Positions 25,096 through 37,720 of a stretch of 64,000 nucleotides of DNA are shown piece after piece. This stretch comes from Mustelus asterias. Its lineage: Eukaryota. Position 1 is the stretch's first letter. The number at the start of each line of letters is the position of its first letter. The position numbers and the translations under genes were made by a program. The stretch lies in contig NC_135830.1 in the NCBI RefSeq assembly GCF_964213995.1, positions 15,748,001 through 15,812,000 on the forward strand, read 5' to 3'. The notes under the pieces were generated by a model, which saw only the letters and a program-made list of their open reading frames with translations, was not told the DNA's origin and did not search any database.

Positions 25096-25207
25096 TTTCT
25101 CAACCAGGATCCGGTCTGTTACTTGGACGCAGATGTCCGGTAGCTGTTTGTCCGAATATGTGACTGGACACATGGAGTCTCTGTGGCCACAATGTTGATC
25201 ACAGCTC
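25096..25207 (-). CDS. EMC4: EMC4 exon 2
   Basis: [37 protein letters not shown], flanked by ctcacag| and |gtaag. Confidence 0.9.
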
Positions 25208-25699
25208 CTGTGAGAAACAGAAAACACAAATTGGTCACCCTTTCAAGACCTTCTTTCAAGAGGGAGTCTCTCTGTTGAGGACCCCAATGTGGTGGCAACA
25301 GTGTCAGCATGAACTAAAGCTTGGGCAAACCTCAGACACACACTGCCATTGCGTGTACCAAACTGCCAGGGGAATGGAGGGATGCAGAAGTGGATTAGTG
25401 TCAATTGATAATCAGGGTGCCAATCCGCTTGCCCTCCATTGAGGGACAAAGCGACAAATCACCAGATGTACCAAATTGTATCTCGAAAACAAACACTGCG
25501 GGATATTGAGAGAGATCCAGTTCAGCACCCGGCCCTGGAAACGAGCAATCGTTCCTCCAACCACCACCGCAGTTGGCACCTGATCAGGTGGAGGGGCTGA
25601 AACCAAAAGGGCATCTCAGGGTCATGACCTGGGGAAAAGATGCCAAGTGGGGTCTGAGTGGTTTCTGGGGGATTTGAGGGGCTGCTTTGTGCTGAGATG

Positions 25700-26200
25700 C
25701 TCGGTGAGGGGTAAAAGAGGCGCGAAAAACCCGGGTTGGGAAGTTTTGGGTTGGTTCCACATCCCCGGGTCATTGTGCGGTGGCCTCCCCTCGGGAGAGG
25801 CGGGCTGACCCGGCTTGCCTCCTACTCGAGCCCCCGGCTCCCCGCGCGGCCTCCGCACCTGCTGCTGCCGCTCAGGCTGAGAGCGAGGGTTCACTTGTGC
25901 CAGCGCGCGCGGTTGACAAGCCCCGCCCCTGCAGCCATGACAACGCCGCCGACCGTTAACCGTCCCCCCTTTTCAAATCTGATTCCGATCCGAGGAAGAA
26001 CCCGCGCGCTTCCGTCAACAAACCATTCCCGCTGCAATGCGCATGTGCGGTCCCAACCTCCTCAGCTCTGTTTACGCCGCCCATTGCCCCGCCCCCACAA
26101 CTCCGCCATGTTTATTAGGGGCACATCGGTTCCGACTCGATCCACTCTCCGGCCAAATGGAGCGTCTCTGACCCGCACAAAGATGGACACCACTCAATAT
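25700..26200. promoter_or_regulatory. CpG-island promoter of the EMC4 copy
   Basis: CpG-rich, NRF1-like tgcgcatgtgcg at about 26038, GC boxes, ETS-like cttccg, YY1-like cgccatgtt. Confidence 0.7.
25859..25938 (-). CDS. EMC4: EMC4 exon 1 (MAAGAGLVNRARWHK*TLALSLSGSS)
   Basis: gtcATGg start, TGA at 25893-25891 aligned to the conserved Trp of K-W, donor AG|gtgcgg. Confidence 0.8.
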
Positions 26201-26523
26201 CAGAGATTTATAATATTGCTTCCTTAATTCCCTCACGAAAATGTCTTACACCGTATAAAACATCAATAAAACCTAAAGGACCAGATTATCCTTCTCATTC
26301 TGCAACCAAAACCAATTCAATGTTACTGGGTTTCTCCACAGATACTGCCAGACCTGCTGATGTTATCCATCATTTTCTGTTTTTATTTCACATTTCTGCA
26401 GTATTTTACATTCTGCCTCGAAGGGCTGATCCTTCCAACCAAGTTACAACGGACAGAACAATATAACATTGTGGCTTCCTCCAAGTATGAGAACTGAAGG
26501 GTGGACAATTTGCATGTATTAGT

Positions 26524-26820
26524 TAAAGTAAAGTTTATATTAGTCACAAATCGGCTTAGATTAACACTGCAATGAAGTTACTGTGAAAATCCCCCAGTAC
26601 TCACAGTCCGGCACCTGTTCGGGTGCACTGAGGGAGAATTTAGCATAGCCAATGCACCTAACCAGCACATCTATCGGACTGTGGGAGGAAACCGGCGCAC
26701 TCGGAGGAAACCCACGCAGACACGGGGAGAACGTGCAGACTGCGCACAGACAGTGACCCAAGCTGGGTATCAAACCCAGGTCCCTGGCGCTGTGAGGCAG
26801 TAACGCTAACCACTGTGCCA
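26524..26820 (-). mobile_element. Type-B HE1-like SINE
   Basis: Reverse complement of head, V-domain and type-B tail. Confidence 0.85.
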
Positions 26821-27067
26821 AGGTTGATTAGAATCACAATATCACTGATGTAACCTAGTGATGCCAATGAAATAATGACAGTCATCTCATTGATGAGAGA
26901 CAGTTTGATGTTCAATTAATTTGAAATAAGTTGTCATATGGAAAGAATACAGGTGTTGAATATAAATGAAGAGTTCAGTTTATTTTGCTCACTCTGACGA
27001 ATCAGGCTGAACCTTCTACTGAGGACATACAAGGAGAAGATTTTGTCTTGTCATCCTGTTACTGACA

Positions 27068-27960
27068 AAGAACAAAGAGAACAAAGAACAGTACAGCACA
27101 GGAAACAGGCCCTTCGGCCCTCCAAGCCTGTGCCGCTCCTTGGTCCAACTAGACCAATCGTTTGTATCCCTCCATTCCCAGGCTGCTCATGTGACTATCC
27201 AGGTAAGTCTTAAACGATGTCAGCATGCCTGCCTCCACCACCCTACTTGGCAGCGCATTCCAGGCCCCCACCACCCTCTGTGTAAAAAACATCCCTCTAA
27301 TATCTGAGTTATACTTCGCCCCTCTCAGCTTGAGCCCGTGACCCCTCGTGAACGTCACTTCTGATCTGGGAAAAAGCTTCCCACCGTTCACCCTATCTAT
27401 CCCCTTCATAATCTTGTACACCTCTATTAGATCTCCCCTCATTCTCCGTCTTTCCAGGGAGAACAACCCCAGTTTACCCAATCTCTCCTCATAGCTAAGA
27501 CCCTCCATACCAGGCAACATCCTGGTAAACCTTCTCTGCACTCTCTCTAACGCCTCCACGTCCTTCTGGTAGTGCGGCGACCAGAACTGGATGCAGTACT
27601 CCAAATGTGGCCTAACCAGCGTTCTATACAGCTGCATCATCAGACTCCAGCTTTTATACTCTATACCCCGTCCTATAAAGGCAAGTATACCATATGCCTT
27701 CTTCACCACCTTCTCCACCTGTGTTGCCACCTTCAAGGATTTGTGGACTTGCACACCTAGGTCCCTCTGTGTTTCTATACTCCTGATGACTCTGCCATTT
27801 ATTGTATAACTCCTCCCTACATTATTTCTTCCAAAATGCATCACTTCGCATTTATCCGGATTAAACTCCATCTGCCACCTCTCCGCCCAATTTTCCACCT
27901 ATCTATATCCTGCTGTATTGCCCGACAATGCTCTTCGCTATCCGCAAGTCCAGCCATCTT
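27068..27960 (-). mobile_element. Young CR1 3' fragment
   Basis: Open RT C-terminus at 27149-27898, aaagaac tail repeats, candidate TSD tgaca. Confidence 0.9.
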
Positions 27961-28449
27961 GACATATTAAATAGAGCAGGAAAATACATGGGCATTGAAT
28001 GGAATCTGACTTCTCCAACTGGAGTCAATGGGAGCTGTCTTGAGAACACATTGTCTGGACACTATTTTCAATAAAATACTGGAACTCTGCATATCTCCCT
28101 GCACAGCACATTTCTCCATTCAGCTTGTTCCATTTTTGTACATGGTTCCCTCTGATTCCTGTCTCTGTGTCTCTCAGCCCGCAGTAATTTACCGTGCTGT
28201 CAGACAGCAGCTCGTGGATGGTTCCTCACTTTTCAAACTGTCGAATGATGCAGAAAATTAAGTCCCCATACCCTCTGCTCTAAAAACACTTCCGTAATTA
28301 GGGATGTGGATGAAGAAGTTAGGAGCTTTATCCTGGACTTGATGGTACAGCCGTAAGGAATATGAATGAGCTGTGCTCGAAAAACTCTAATTAATTGTAA
28401 CTGATTCTCCCTCAAACTGTGTCATTGTAACTGGCTCCTGTGAGACACG

Positions 28450-28710
28450 GACACTAAAACTGATTTATTTTACATATTCTGATATATCCTGACCATTGAT
28501 TAACTGTAAATAGCTCCTGAACCTTGGGGAGGAAAGTGTGCAGGTGACTTTCTCCCTCTCTGATGCCCCACCATGACAGCAGCTCAGACTCCAGCTCAAT
28601 AACCCTGAGCACAGATTCCGCCAGCTGCAGACACTCGCCACAGATATGATTGTCCAGGTTTGCACAAACTCTCACATGCTGCAGTTCTGGCACACCACCT
28701 GCCCTGTGAA
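28450..28710 (-). mobile_element. CR1 ORF1 N-terminal remnant
   Basis: HICGECLQL..LRVIELESEL..IREGESHL. Confidence 0.55.
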
Positions 28711-28779
28711 GAGCATCAAACTCCCGTCCAGTTACAGGAGAAATAAAAAAGGATTAACAACAGAATTCAACCCCTGCAG

Positions 28780-29286
28780 TTACACATGAACTCGCTGGTG
28801 TCTCAGCAGGTTGGATGACCGATTGAATCCCTTCCCACACTCTGAGCAGGTGAACGGCCTCTCCCCACTATGAGTGTGTTGGTGTGTCTGGAGATTGGAT
28901 GATTGAGTGAACTGCTTCCCACACACAGAGCACCTGAACATTCTTTCCCCAGTGTGAACTCGCTGGTGTTGAATAAGATGAGATGATTGTCTGAATCTCT
29001 TTTCACAGTGAGGACAGCTGAATGGTCTCTTGTCAGTGTGAACAAGCTGGTGTTTGATTAGATCTGGAGAGGTTTTAAAGCAATCCCCACAGTAAAAGCA
29101 TGTATATGGTCTCTTGTCACTGTGAACTCTCTGGTGTGACCCGAGGCTGGATGACTTTGTGAATCCCTTCCCACATGTGGAGCAGATGAACGGTCTCTCT
29201 CCAGTGTGAGCACGTCGATGGGTTTCCAGCTGGGATGGGTAACTGAATCCCTTCCCACAGTCCCCACATTTCCATGGTTTATCCAT
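28780..29286 (-). CDS. C2H2 zinc-finger protein, 6 intact fingers
   Basis: 168-aa ORF, Kozak gcaccATGg, acceptor ttttacag near 29648. Confidence 0.85.
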   Translation of the reverse strand: MDKPWKCGDCGKGFSYPSQLETHRRAHTGERPFICSTCGKGFTKSSSLGSHQRVHSDKRPYTCFYCGDCFKTSPDLIKHQLVHTDKRPFSCPHCEKRFRQSSHLIQHQRVHTGERMFRCSVCGKQFTQSSNLQTHQHTHSGERPFTCSECGKGFNRSSNLLRHQRVHV

Positions 29287-29854
29287 GGTGCCGGTATCCT
29301 TGTGTCTCTCCAGATTGGATGATCAGTTGAAGCCTCGTCCAAACATGGAATACGTGTATGCTTTCTCCCCGCTGGAAATGGTGTGATTTTCTTTCAGGCT
29401 GTGTTACTGGTTAAAGCTCTTTCCACACTCAGTTCACTGGAACAGTCATTCGGGTGTATGTGTGTGTGTGTCTTGGTGCTTTCCCAGTCACATCGATGCT
29501 TGAAATCTTTCCCCACAGGCAGAACAGAGAAACATTTCTCCTTCCACAGTGAAAGGTCGATGATATTTAGCTCTTGATTAATTCAGTGACTCTGACTGAT
29601 CGCAAAGAAATGTTTTTCTGTCTTCAGATCATCTCCTACTGACCCCCTGTAAAAAGAATTGATGGTGTCAGTATCACTCAGTCCAGGATCGAAATTCAGA
29701 ACAGAAATATCTAGTTTCTGTGCAACATTCCCACCCTCTGTTCTTCCAAATATGTGATCCAATCAAACTAAAATACGCTAAAATCAGCAACAAAGTCCTC
29801 ACAAAAGGAAAGGGAATGTTCTTAACTAAACCAGAATGTTTTTTACAAACACAT

Positions 29855-31055
29855 GAACAAGGAGCTGAGGTAGGCCATTCAGCCCCTCCACCATTTATTA
29901 AGACTGTGGCTGATTTTATAGTAACCTCAAATCTGCAAGATGCTTACCTCTGATAATCTATCGCCCCCTTGCTTACCAAGAATCTAACCACCTCTGCCTT
30001 AAAAATATTCAAAGATTCTGCTTCCACTACTTTTTCAGAAAGAGAGTTTCAAAGACTCACAACCCTCTGAGTGAAAGAATTTCTCCTGACCTCTGTTTTA
30101 AACGGGCGACCCCTTATTTTAAACAGTGACCCCTAGTTCTAAGTTCTCTCGCAGAAGGAAACAGCCTCTTCACAACCACCTTGACAAGACATCTCAGGAT
30201 CTTATAATGGTTTAGTCAAGTCTCCTCTTGGTATTCTAAACTCCAGTGGATACAAGCCAAGTCTGTTCAAACTTTCCTTACAAGACAATACACCCATTGC
30301 TGCTATTAGTCTGTTAAACCTTCTCTGAACTGCTTCCAACATATTGACATCCTTCCTTTAATAAGGTAACCAATACTGTACACAATACTCTAAATGTGGT
30401 CTCACCAATGCCCTGCACAACTGAAGCACAACCTTGCTACTTTTGCAATCAACTCCCTCACAATAAATGGTAACATGCTATTAGCTTTCCTAATTACTTG
30501 CCCTGCCTGTATAAGAGCCTTCTGTGATTCATGCACTGGGACACAAAGGTCTCTCTGCACCTCAGAGCTCTGCAATCTCTCACCATTTAGATAAGTTTAT
30601 CTTTTATTCTTCCTGCCAAAGTGGACATTTCACAGTTGCCCAATTCTACTCCATTTACCAGTTTTTTGCCCACTCACTTATCCTATGTGTATATTTTTGT
30701 AGTCTCCTTATGTCATCTTTACGACTTATTTTCCTGCTTATAGTACATTGGCCATGCTTAGTGTCCAAAGATGTGTAGGTTAGATAGTCTAACCATGATG
30801 AAATGTGTGGCATTATAGGGATAGGGCTGGTGGTGGGCCCGGGTAAGATGCTCTTTTGGAGAGTCAGGGCAGACCTTATGGGCCAAATGGACTCCTTCTC
30901 CACTGTACGTATTCTATGGTTTATGCTTCTATGGTTTATCTTGTGTGATTATCAAATTTGGCAATCATTGCTGCAATCCCTTCATCAAAGTCATTTCTAT
31001 ATATTGTAAACAGTTCAGTTCCCAGCAGTGATTCCTATGGCACACCACTTGCCAA
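29855..31055 (-). mobile_element. Degenerate CR1 with an HE1 3' piece (about 30745-30935)
   Basis: Reverse RT C-terminal and 3' UTR sequence. Confidence 0.75.
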
Positions 31056-31069
31056 AAGGGCCACCCAGA

Positions 31070-31502
31070 TTTCCCTCAGTGTACCTGAACAGGCGCCGGT
31101 GTGTGGCGACTGGGGGATTTTACAGTAACTTCATTGCAGTGTTAATTTACCCTACTTGCGGCACTAATAAATAAACTTTAAACGTTAATGATCCACAAAC
31201 TCCTCTGGGCAGCACAGTGGTTAGCACTGTTGCCTCACAGCGCCAGGGACCCTGGGTGCTTTCCCAGCTTGGGTCACTGTCTGTGTGGAGTTTGCACGTT
31301 CTCCCCGTGTCTGCATGGGTTTCCTCCGGGTGCTTCTGTTTCCTCCCACAGTCTGAAAGACGTGCTGGTTAGGTGTATTGGCCATGCTAAATTCTCCCTC
31401 AGTGTACCCGAACAAGCGCCGGAGTGTGGCGACTAGGGGATTTTCACAGTAACTTCATTGCAGTGTTAATGTAAGCCTACTTGCGACACTAATAAATAAA
31501 CG
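31070..31502 (+). mobile_element. Type-B SINE tail (31070-31182) followed by a full type-B SINE (31207-31502)
   Basis: Two tandem copies of gtgtggcgact..cagtaacttcattgcagtgttaat..aataaataaac. Confidence 0.85.
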
Positions 31503-31509
31503 TTGAAAC

Positions 31510-31930
31510 TTTCTATTGGTTCCTGTGACTCTGCGGGAACTGGGACCTCATTGGAAACAGACACTAAAGCCCCGCCCTCTATTGCGTCACCAAGGAGGGC
31601 ACGCATGCGCGCCATTCCCCGTTGGAACAAGATGGCGGCCGTTAACTACGGCTTTGTCCCGGGAAACAGACACGGAGCTACAGACACGGGACCTTCAGGT
31701 CAGTATTTGGGGTTTGAGGCTTTCACCACGTGTTTCGAAACATTCCCCGTTCCACGGTTGGCAATATCACTCCCTCTCGGTCACCATATTCTTACCCGTT
31801 TGGAGATACGACGAACAACAAACACTCCGTTGGCCATTGCTGCGCACGCTCCGAATACAGAGCGCTATTGCGTTTGCGCACTGCCCTGGATAGGGGACAT
31901 CCACCGCCGCGGAGAACTCTGGGTAAAGTA
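31510..31930. promoter_or_regulatory. CpG-island bidirectional promoter between divergent ZNFs
   Basis: CCAAT (attgg) twice, GC box, NRF1-like cgcatgcgc at about 31602, YY1 aagatggcggc at about 31629, donor cag|gtcagt at about 31698. Confidence 0.7.
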
Positions 31931-32619
31931 CCCACCATCTACTGTCCAAATTAATTTTTCTGCTATGATGTGGGGATTAGGGCGGCGAGGCAAATAAATG
32001 AAGTTAGGAACCAAATAAAATGAAAATCCAAGTGCACAGATCCTCCATAGAAAGAAGGAAAGTGCGAATTGGTGGAGAATCAAGAGTTCACAAAGCAGTG
32101 GCAAGAACTGCAGAAACCAACCCCTGCAATCACATAGGAACTGACCAAGTGAATCCTATCAGTGAGTAATTGTATGACCTCGTGTATGACTTAGATCATA
32201 TATTTTAGTCATGTTAGCACACTAATAAAACTGAATTACTGGAAACAGGCTGCAGCTCTTTTCATTTTCATTTACTACAGTATGCAGGTGTCACTGGCAT
32301 CTATTATCATTGCTGAATACTTTTGAGAAGGTGATGATAATCTGTCTTCCCTAACCACAGCAGCCCATGGAGGTTTCGGATGGTTTCTGGGTCCCCAGAA
32401 TATTAGCCTGGGCCTTTGGATTACTAGTCCTGTGATATTACCACTGTGTCACCATCTTCCATCACAAAAAATACTCATTTTAGCATTTCCTGCTATTGAG
32501 GCAATTTTGTATCCAAAATGTAACTTGCTCATGGATCTCTTGAGATTTGATGTTTCTGCCCAGTCTGCCATGTGGGAACACTGTAGATGTGGATAGAATG
32601 TTTCCTTGTGTGGGAGAAT

Positions 32620-32886
32620 GGGTGGCACAGTGGTTAGCACTGCTGCCTGACAGCGTCGGAGACCTGGGTTCAATTCCCAGCTTGGGGCACTGCCTGTTCG
32701 GAGTCTGCACATTCTCCGTGGGTTTCCTCCCACAGTCCAAAAGACGTGCTGGTTAGGTGCATTGGCCATGCTAACTTCTCCCTCAGTGTATCCGAACCGT
32801 GGTTAGAGTGTGGCGAGGCGGGGATTTTCACAGTAACTTAATTGCAGTGTTAATGTAAGCCTACTTGTGACACTAGTAAATAAATA
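32620..32886 (+). mobile_element. Type-B HE1-like SINE
   Basis: Head ggtggcacagtggttagcac and type-B tail. Confidence 0.85.
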
Positions 32887-33554
32887 AGTAGAATCATCCA
32901 AAATGAGGGGCCAGAAATGTAAGATAGTCACAGACAAATCCAATAGGGGAAATAAGGAGAAATGTGTTGATCAGAGCAGCTACAATGTGGAACTCGCTAC
33001 TACAGGAAATAGTTGTGGCAAAAAACCTTTCAAAATGAAACAAAATGAGTGGATAAGAGGGAAAAGAATAGAATGAGAAAGTGAAAGACTGAGCTGAGGG
33101 AGGTGGAATGGAAGGAGATGCTTGTGGAGTATCAACAACAGCAGAGACTGACTGGGCCAAATGGCCAGTTTCTGTTATGTATATTCTGTGTAATTCCATA
33201 TAAACTGTTTCCACAGGATGTTCGAAGAGGAGGATTTACAGATAGGAAAAAAAATAATTTTTAAGATCTTCAGAGTGACACAATTCATCAGGACCTGAAT
33301 ATCATTGGCTGTTCAATGTGGAAGGAAAAATGCTTTTCTGTTCAAACATCAGTGTGACTGGAAAAGCACCGAGACACACACACACCCGAGTGAGAGTGTT
33401 CCAGTGAACTGACTGTGGAAAGAGCTTTAACCAGTTACACAGCCTGAAAAAACATCACACCATTCGCAGCGAGGAGAAACTGTACACGTGGTTTATGTGT
33501 GGTTGAGGCTTCAACTGATCATCCAACCTGGAGAGAGACAATGACACTGGCACC

Positions 33555-34061
33555 ATGGAGAAACCATGGAAATGTGGGGACTGTGGGAAGGGATTCAAAT
33601 ACCAATCTCGGCTGGAATATCATCGACACACTCACACTGGGGAGAGACCGTTCCTCTGCTCCATGTGCGGGAAGGGATTCACTCGGTCATCCGACCTTCT
33701 GAGACACCAAACCACTCACAATGAGGAAAGACCATTCACCTGCTCCACGTGTGAGAAGGCATTCATTCAATCATCCGATCTCAGGATACACCAGCGAGTT
33801 CACACTGGAGAGAGGCCATTCACCTGCTCTGACTGTGGGAAGAGATTCAGTCAGTCAGCCCACCTGCTGGCACGCCAGCGAGTTCACACGGGGGAAAAGC
33901 CGTTCACCTGCTCTGAGTGTGGGAAAGCATTCATCCATTCATCCCACCTGGTGAGACACCAGCGAGTTCACACTGGGGAGAAGTTGTTTAACTGCTCCAT
34001 GTGTGGGAAGGGATTCACTCAGTCACCCCATCTGGTGAGACACCAGCGGCTTCACAAATGA
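33555..34061 (+). CDS. C2H2 zinc-finger protein, 6 fingers (one H>R)
   Basis: 168-aa ORF, Kozak gcaccATGg, acceptor tttccacag at about 33215, polyA signal aataaa at about 34183. Confidence 0.85.
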   Translation: MEKPWKCGDCGKGFKYQSRLEYHRHTHTGERPFLCSMCGKGFTRSSDLLRHQTTHNEERPFTCSTCEKAFIQSSDLRIHQRVHTGERPFTCSDCGKRFSQSAHLLARQRVHTGEKPFTCSECGKAFIHSSHLVRHQRVHTGEKLFNCSMCGKGFTQSPHLVRHQRLHK

Positions 34062-34925
34062 CTGCAGGGATTAGATTCTGCTGTTAATCACATCCAGAAC
34101 TGAACCATGTTCATTCTGACAGTTAGTGTTTCCTTCTGCTGAAAATAATTTAACTGAAGTTTTATATTCTGGTTATATGTCCAATAAACCAGCTTTGTTT
34201 TGAACCTATTGTTTTAGATTTTTATCTTTCCCACCCAAGTGTTTAACATCACCTGTCTGGGGCTCAAAAAGGACAATCTGGGGGAGGATCGTACGGCAGG
34301 AACGGAACTTCAGGCTGGACACAGTCCAGGAACACGGTGACCATCCACATTTTGTCCCTGTTGAATAAAATCAAACACAGCGTTTATTCTCCATCCAGTT
34401 ATCTGACCTTTTCTATTTGTACAGCTTACACTGATCTCCCTGGTAACAGTTATTGTGCTTCCTTCCCTCATTTCCAATTAGTTATTATAAAATCTGTTTC
34501 TTCCAATCTATCTGGAACATCAGGTGGACCTTCCCAAGTGGAATTGAGACAGAGGTGAGATCAGCCATGATCAGATTGAATGGTGGAGCAGGCTTGAGGG
34601 GCTGAATTGCCGACTCCTGTTCCTAGTTCTTACGTTTTTCAGTTAACTATCATCACTGTCCCTGTGAGGGAATGTTTCTATCCTGGACTCGCTGTGATGG
34701 ATTTTGGAAACTCCTTTCAAATGGACTTAGAGGGGGAGGATTTACACATCGTAAACCTAAACTAAGAAAAATATTTGTCTTTGATCAATCTTTAACTTTG
34801 GACATTTTTTTCACAGGACTTCAGAAGCTCAGTGGTGGAAGGCAAAAAACTCAAACAAAACATCGCAGCAGCATCTGACGCTATCACCTAAATAATTGTA
34901 ATCCGAATATTATTGTAAGTTGAAC

Positions 34926-35558
34926 ATGGAAGGGGAAAGCACGGTTAACAGTGGTGAGAAACCGTACACGTGTTCTGTGAGTGGACAAGGATCCAGCCCA
35001 TCACCTGGCCTGTCAAGACACCAGCACAGTCAAGCTGGGGGAAACCATGGAAATGTGGGGACTGTGGGAAGGGATTCATTTGTTCATTCCCCCCCGAAAC
35101 ACCTGCTGAAACACAAGTGGGCTCACACTGGGGAGAGGCCTTCTTCCTGCCGTAAGTGTGCGAAGGGATTTACTACCTCATCCATCTTGTTGACACACCA
35201 GTGTGTTCACACAGGGGAGAGGTCATTCACATGCCCTGAGTGTGGGAAGGAATTCACTCCTTCATCTATCCTGCTGAATCACCAGCGAGTTCACACTGGG
35301 GAGAGAGCTTTTACCTACCTGCTCTGAGTGTAGAAAAAGATTCACTGATTCATCCAACCTGCTGAAACACCAGCGAATTCACAATGGGGAGAGGCTGTTT
35401 ATCTGTTCTGAGTGTGGGAAGGGATTCACTCAGTCATCTATCCTGCTGAAACACCCAGCGAGGTTCACACTGGGGAGAGACCGTTAACCTGCTCTGTGTG
35501 TGGGAAGGAATTTACTCCATTATCTCAGCTGCTGAAACACCAGCAAGTTCATGAGTGA
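34926..35558 (+). pseudogene. Frameshifted C2H2 ZNF
   Basis: [18 protein letters not shown] start, frameshifts near 35040, 35315 and 35455. Confidence 0.8.
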
Positions 35559-36854
35559 CTGGATTTGCTGTTAATCACACGCAGGACTGAACCGTTCTCA
35601 TTGGCACCTGTTTCTGCTGATGTTAATCAGCCCCAGCCCAGTTGTAGAGCTTATGTTGTGGGTTAAAAGTCAAATAAACCGGCGATGTGTGAAATACGGT
35701 TTGATGAATGTTTATAATTTCTCTGACACAGGTTAGTTCCTTTTGAAGAGCTCCCCTCCTCCACTGTCTCCTCCATCGTCACCTCAACAGCAAGTATGAG
35801 GACTCATGGAGCTTCTTTGTCACTTAGTCAGGGATTCTGCTGTAATTGCTGCTGTTAATCACATCCAGGACTGAGCCATGTTCATTCTGACAGTCCCTAT
35901 AACTGGAATGGAGACTGTCAAGTAACTGAGCTTTGTTTAAACCTATTGTATATTTTTGTCTTTCCCACCTGAGTGTTTAACATCACTTGATTGGAACTCA
36001 GAAAGGGTAATCTAGGGGAGGATCATATGGCAGGAAGAGAACTTCAACCTGGACACAGTCCTTCAGGGTCACACTGAGAGGGACAAACAGCACTTTGGTC
36101 TTTCTAGAAAACCATAAGACATCGGAGCATTAGGCCACTCAGCCCATCGATTCTGCTCTGCCATTCAATCATGGTTGAAACTTTTCTCATCCTCATTCGC
36201 CTGCCTTTTCCCCATAACCCCTGATCCCCTAATTAATCAAGAACCTATCTATCTCTGTTCTAAAGACACTCAATGACCCGGCCTCCACAGCCTTCTGCGC
36301 TAAAGAGTTCCACAGATTCACCACTCTCTGGCTGAAGAAAGAAGGGCATGGACAGGGTGCACTGGGAGCAGCTGTTCCTCTTAGTTGAAGAGTCAGTTAT
36401 GAGGGGACACAAGATAAAAGCACAGTCAAGCTGGGGGGAAACCATGGAAATGTGGGGACTGTGGGAAGTGATTCATTTGTTCATTCCACCCCCCCTCCCC
36501 CTCCCCCCCCCCCCACCCCCCCGGCTGAAGCACAAGTGGGCTCACCCCCCACTTTATCTTTATCTCACCTCTCTTCACTGACAGCAAAATCTCCATGTGG
36601 GTTAATCCTGAGGTGCGTGAGAAATGTGTCCAGCCGCTCTCTTCCATGACTCTGAGCTCCTGGACACGGAACAGAAACTCCTTTACAATGTGTTTTAGAG
36701 TCAGGAAGAACAACAGTGAATAATGGAAACGGGCTGTCAAATCAGAGATTGGTGTAAAATTGGGATCTGTTCCTGACTGAGTAAAATGGCAGGTTTAAGT
36801 TTCAAAATGTTAGTGTAACATTTGTGAATCTACCAATGTAAGGTCATGGTAACA

Positions 36855-37225
36855 GAATCACAGATTACTACAGTGCAGAAGATGCCCTTTGGCCCATCGA
36901 GTCTGCACTGATGCATGAAAGGCCCTGACCTGCCCACCTAATCCCACTTGCCAGCACTTGGCCCATGTTATGAATGTTATGGCGTGCCAGGTACTCATGC
37001 AGGTACTTTTTGAAGGATGTGAGGCATCCCGCCTCCACCCCCTCTCAGGCAGTGCATTCCAGACTGTCACCACCCTCTGGGTAAAGTTTTTCCTCAAATC
37101 CCCCCTAAACCTCCAACCCCCCCACTTTTATCTTGTGTCCCCTTGTAACTGACTGTTCAACTAAGGGGAACAGTTGCTCCCTCTGCACCCTGTCCATGCC
37201 CCTCATAATCTTCAACACATCAAGT
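36855..37225 (-). mobile_element. CR1 3' fragment
   Basis: FTQRVVTVWNALP in reverse, with the 3' UTR. Confidence 0.75.
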
Positions 37226-37439
37226 TACATTTCTATATGGAACCTTTAACCATTTCTCCCCTTCCATTGACTTCAATGTGATGGAAGCTGACTGTTAGAA
37301 TGTCAACATATAAAATATATTTACAAATGATTGGACAGTTTCTTACATTTGGGATCTTTCTCTGTTTTGTGCACTTGAGGTGATAGATAACAGACTTTCT
37401 CATGTGACTATCTAGCAGGAATATTAGTTTTAAAGTTCT

Positions 37440-37720
37440 TTTTTATTAGTGTCACAAGTAGGCTTACATTAACACTGCAATGAAGTTACAGTGAAAATTC
37501 CCCAGTCGCCACACTCCAGCACCGATTCGGGTACACTGAAGGAGAATTTAGCATAGCCAATGCCCTAACCAGCACAAGAAAACCAGAACATCCAGAGAAA
37601 ACCCACACAGGCACAGGGAGAATGTGCAGACTCCACATAGATAGTGACCCAAGTCAAGAATTGAACCCATGTCCCTGGTGCTGTGAGGCAGCAGTGCTAA
37701 CTACTGTGCCACCGTGCCGT
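37440..37720 (-). mobile_element. Type-B HE1-like SINE
   Basis: Reverse type-B tail and head. Confidence 0.8.

Larger units (their letters stand above)
20379..25938 (-). pseudogene. EMC4: EMC4 (ER membrane complex subunit 4 / TMEM85) copy, 5 exons, premature stop at codon 16
   Basis: Exons 25938-25859, 25207-25096, 24881-24728, 21358-21198 and 20414-20379 total 543 nt with GT-AG introns and consistent phases. The protein contains [53 protein letters not shown] and GGGLVL*. Confidence 0.92.

Noticed and set aside
25891-25893. Selenocysteine recoding of the EMC4 TGA
   Set aside because: The position aligns to Trp, not Cys, and I could not identify a SECIS element.
28176-28350. Plus-strand exon-like segment (ctctcag|...|gtaagg)
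   Set aside because: Stops occur in all frames and I recognise no homology. It may be non-coding, but the call is unsupported.
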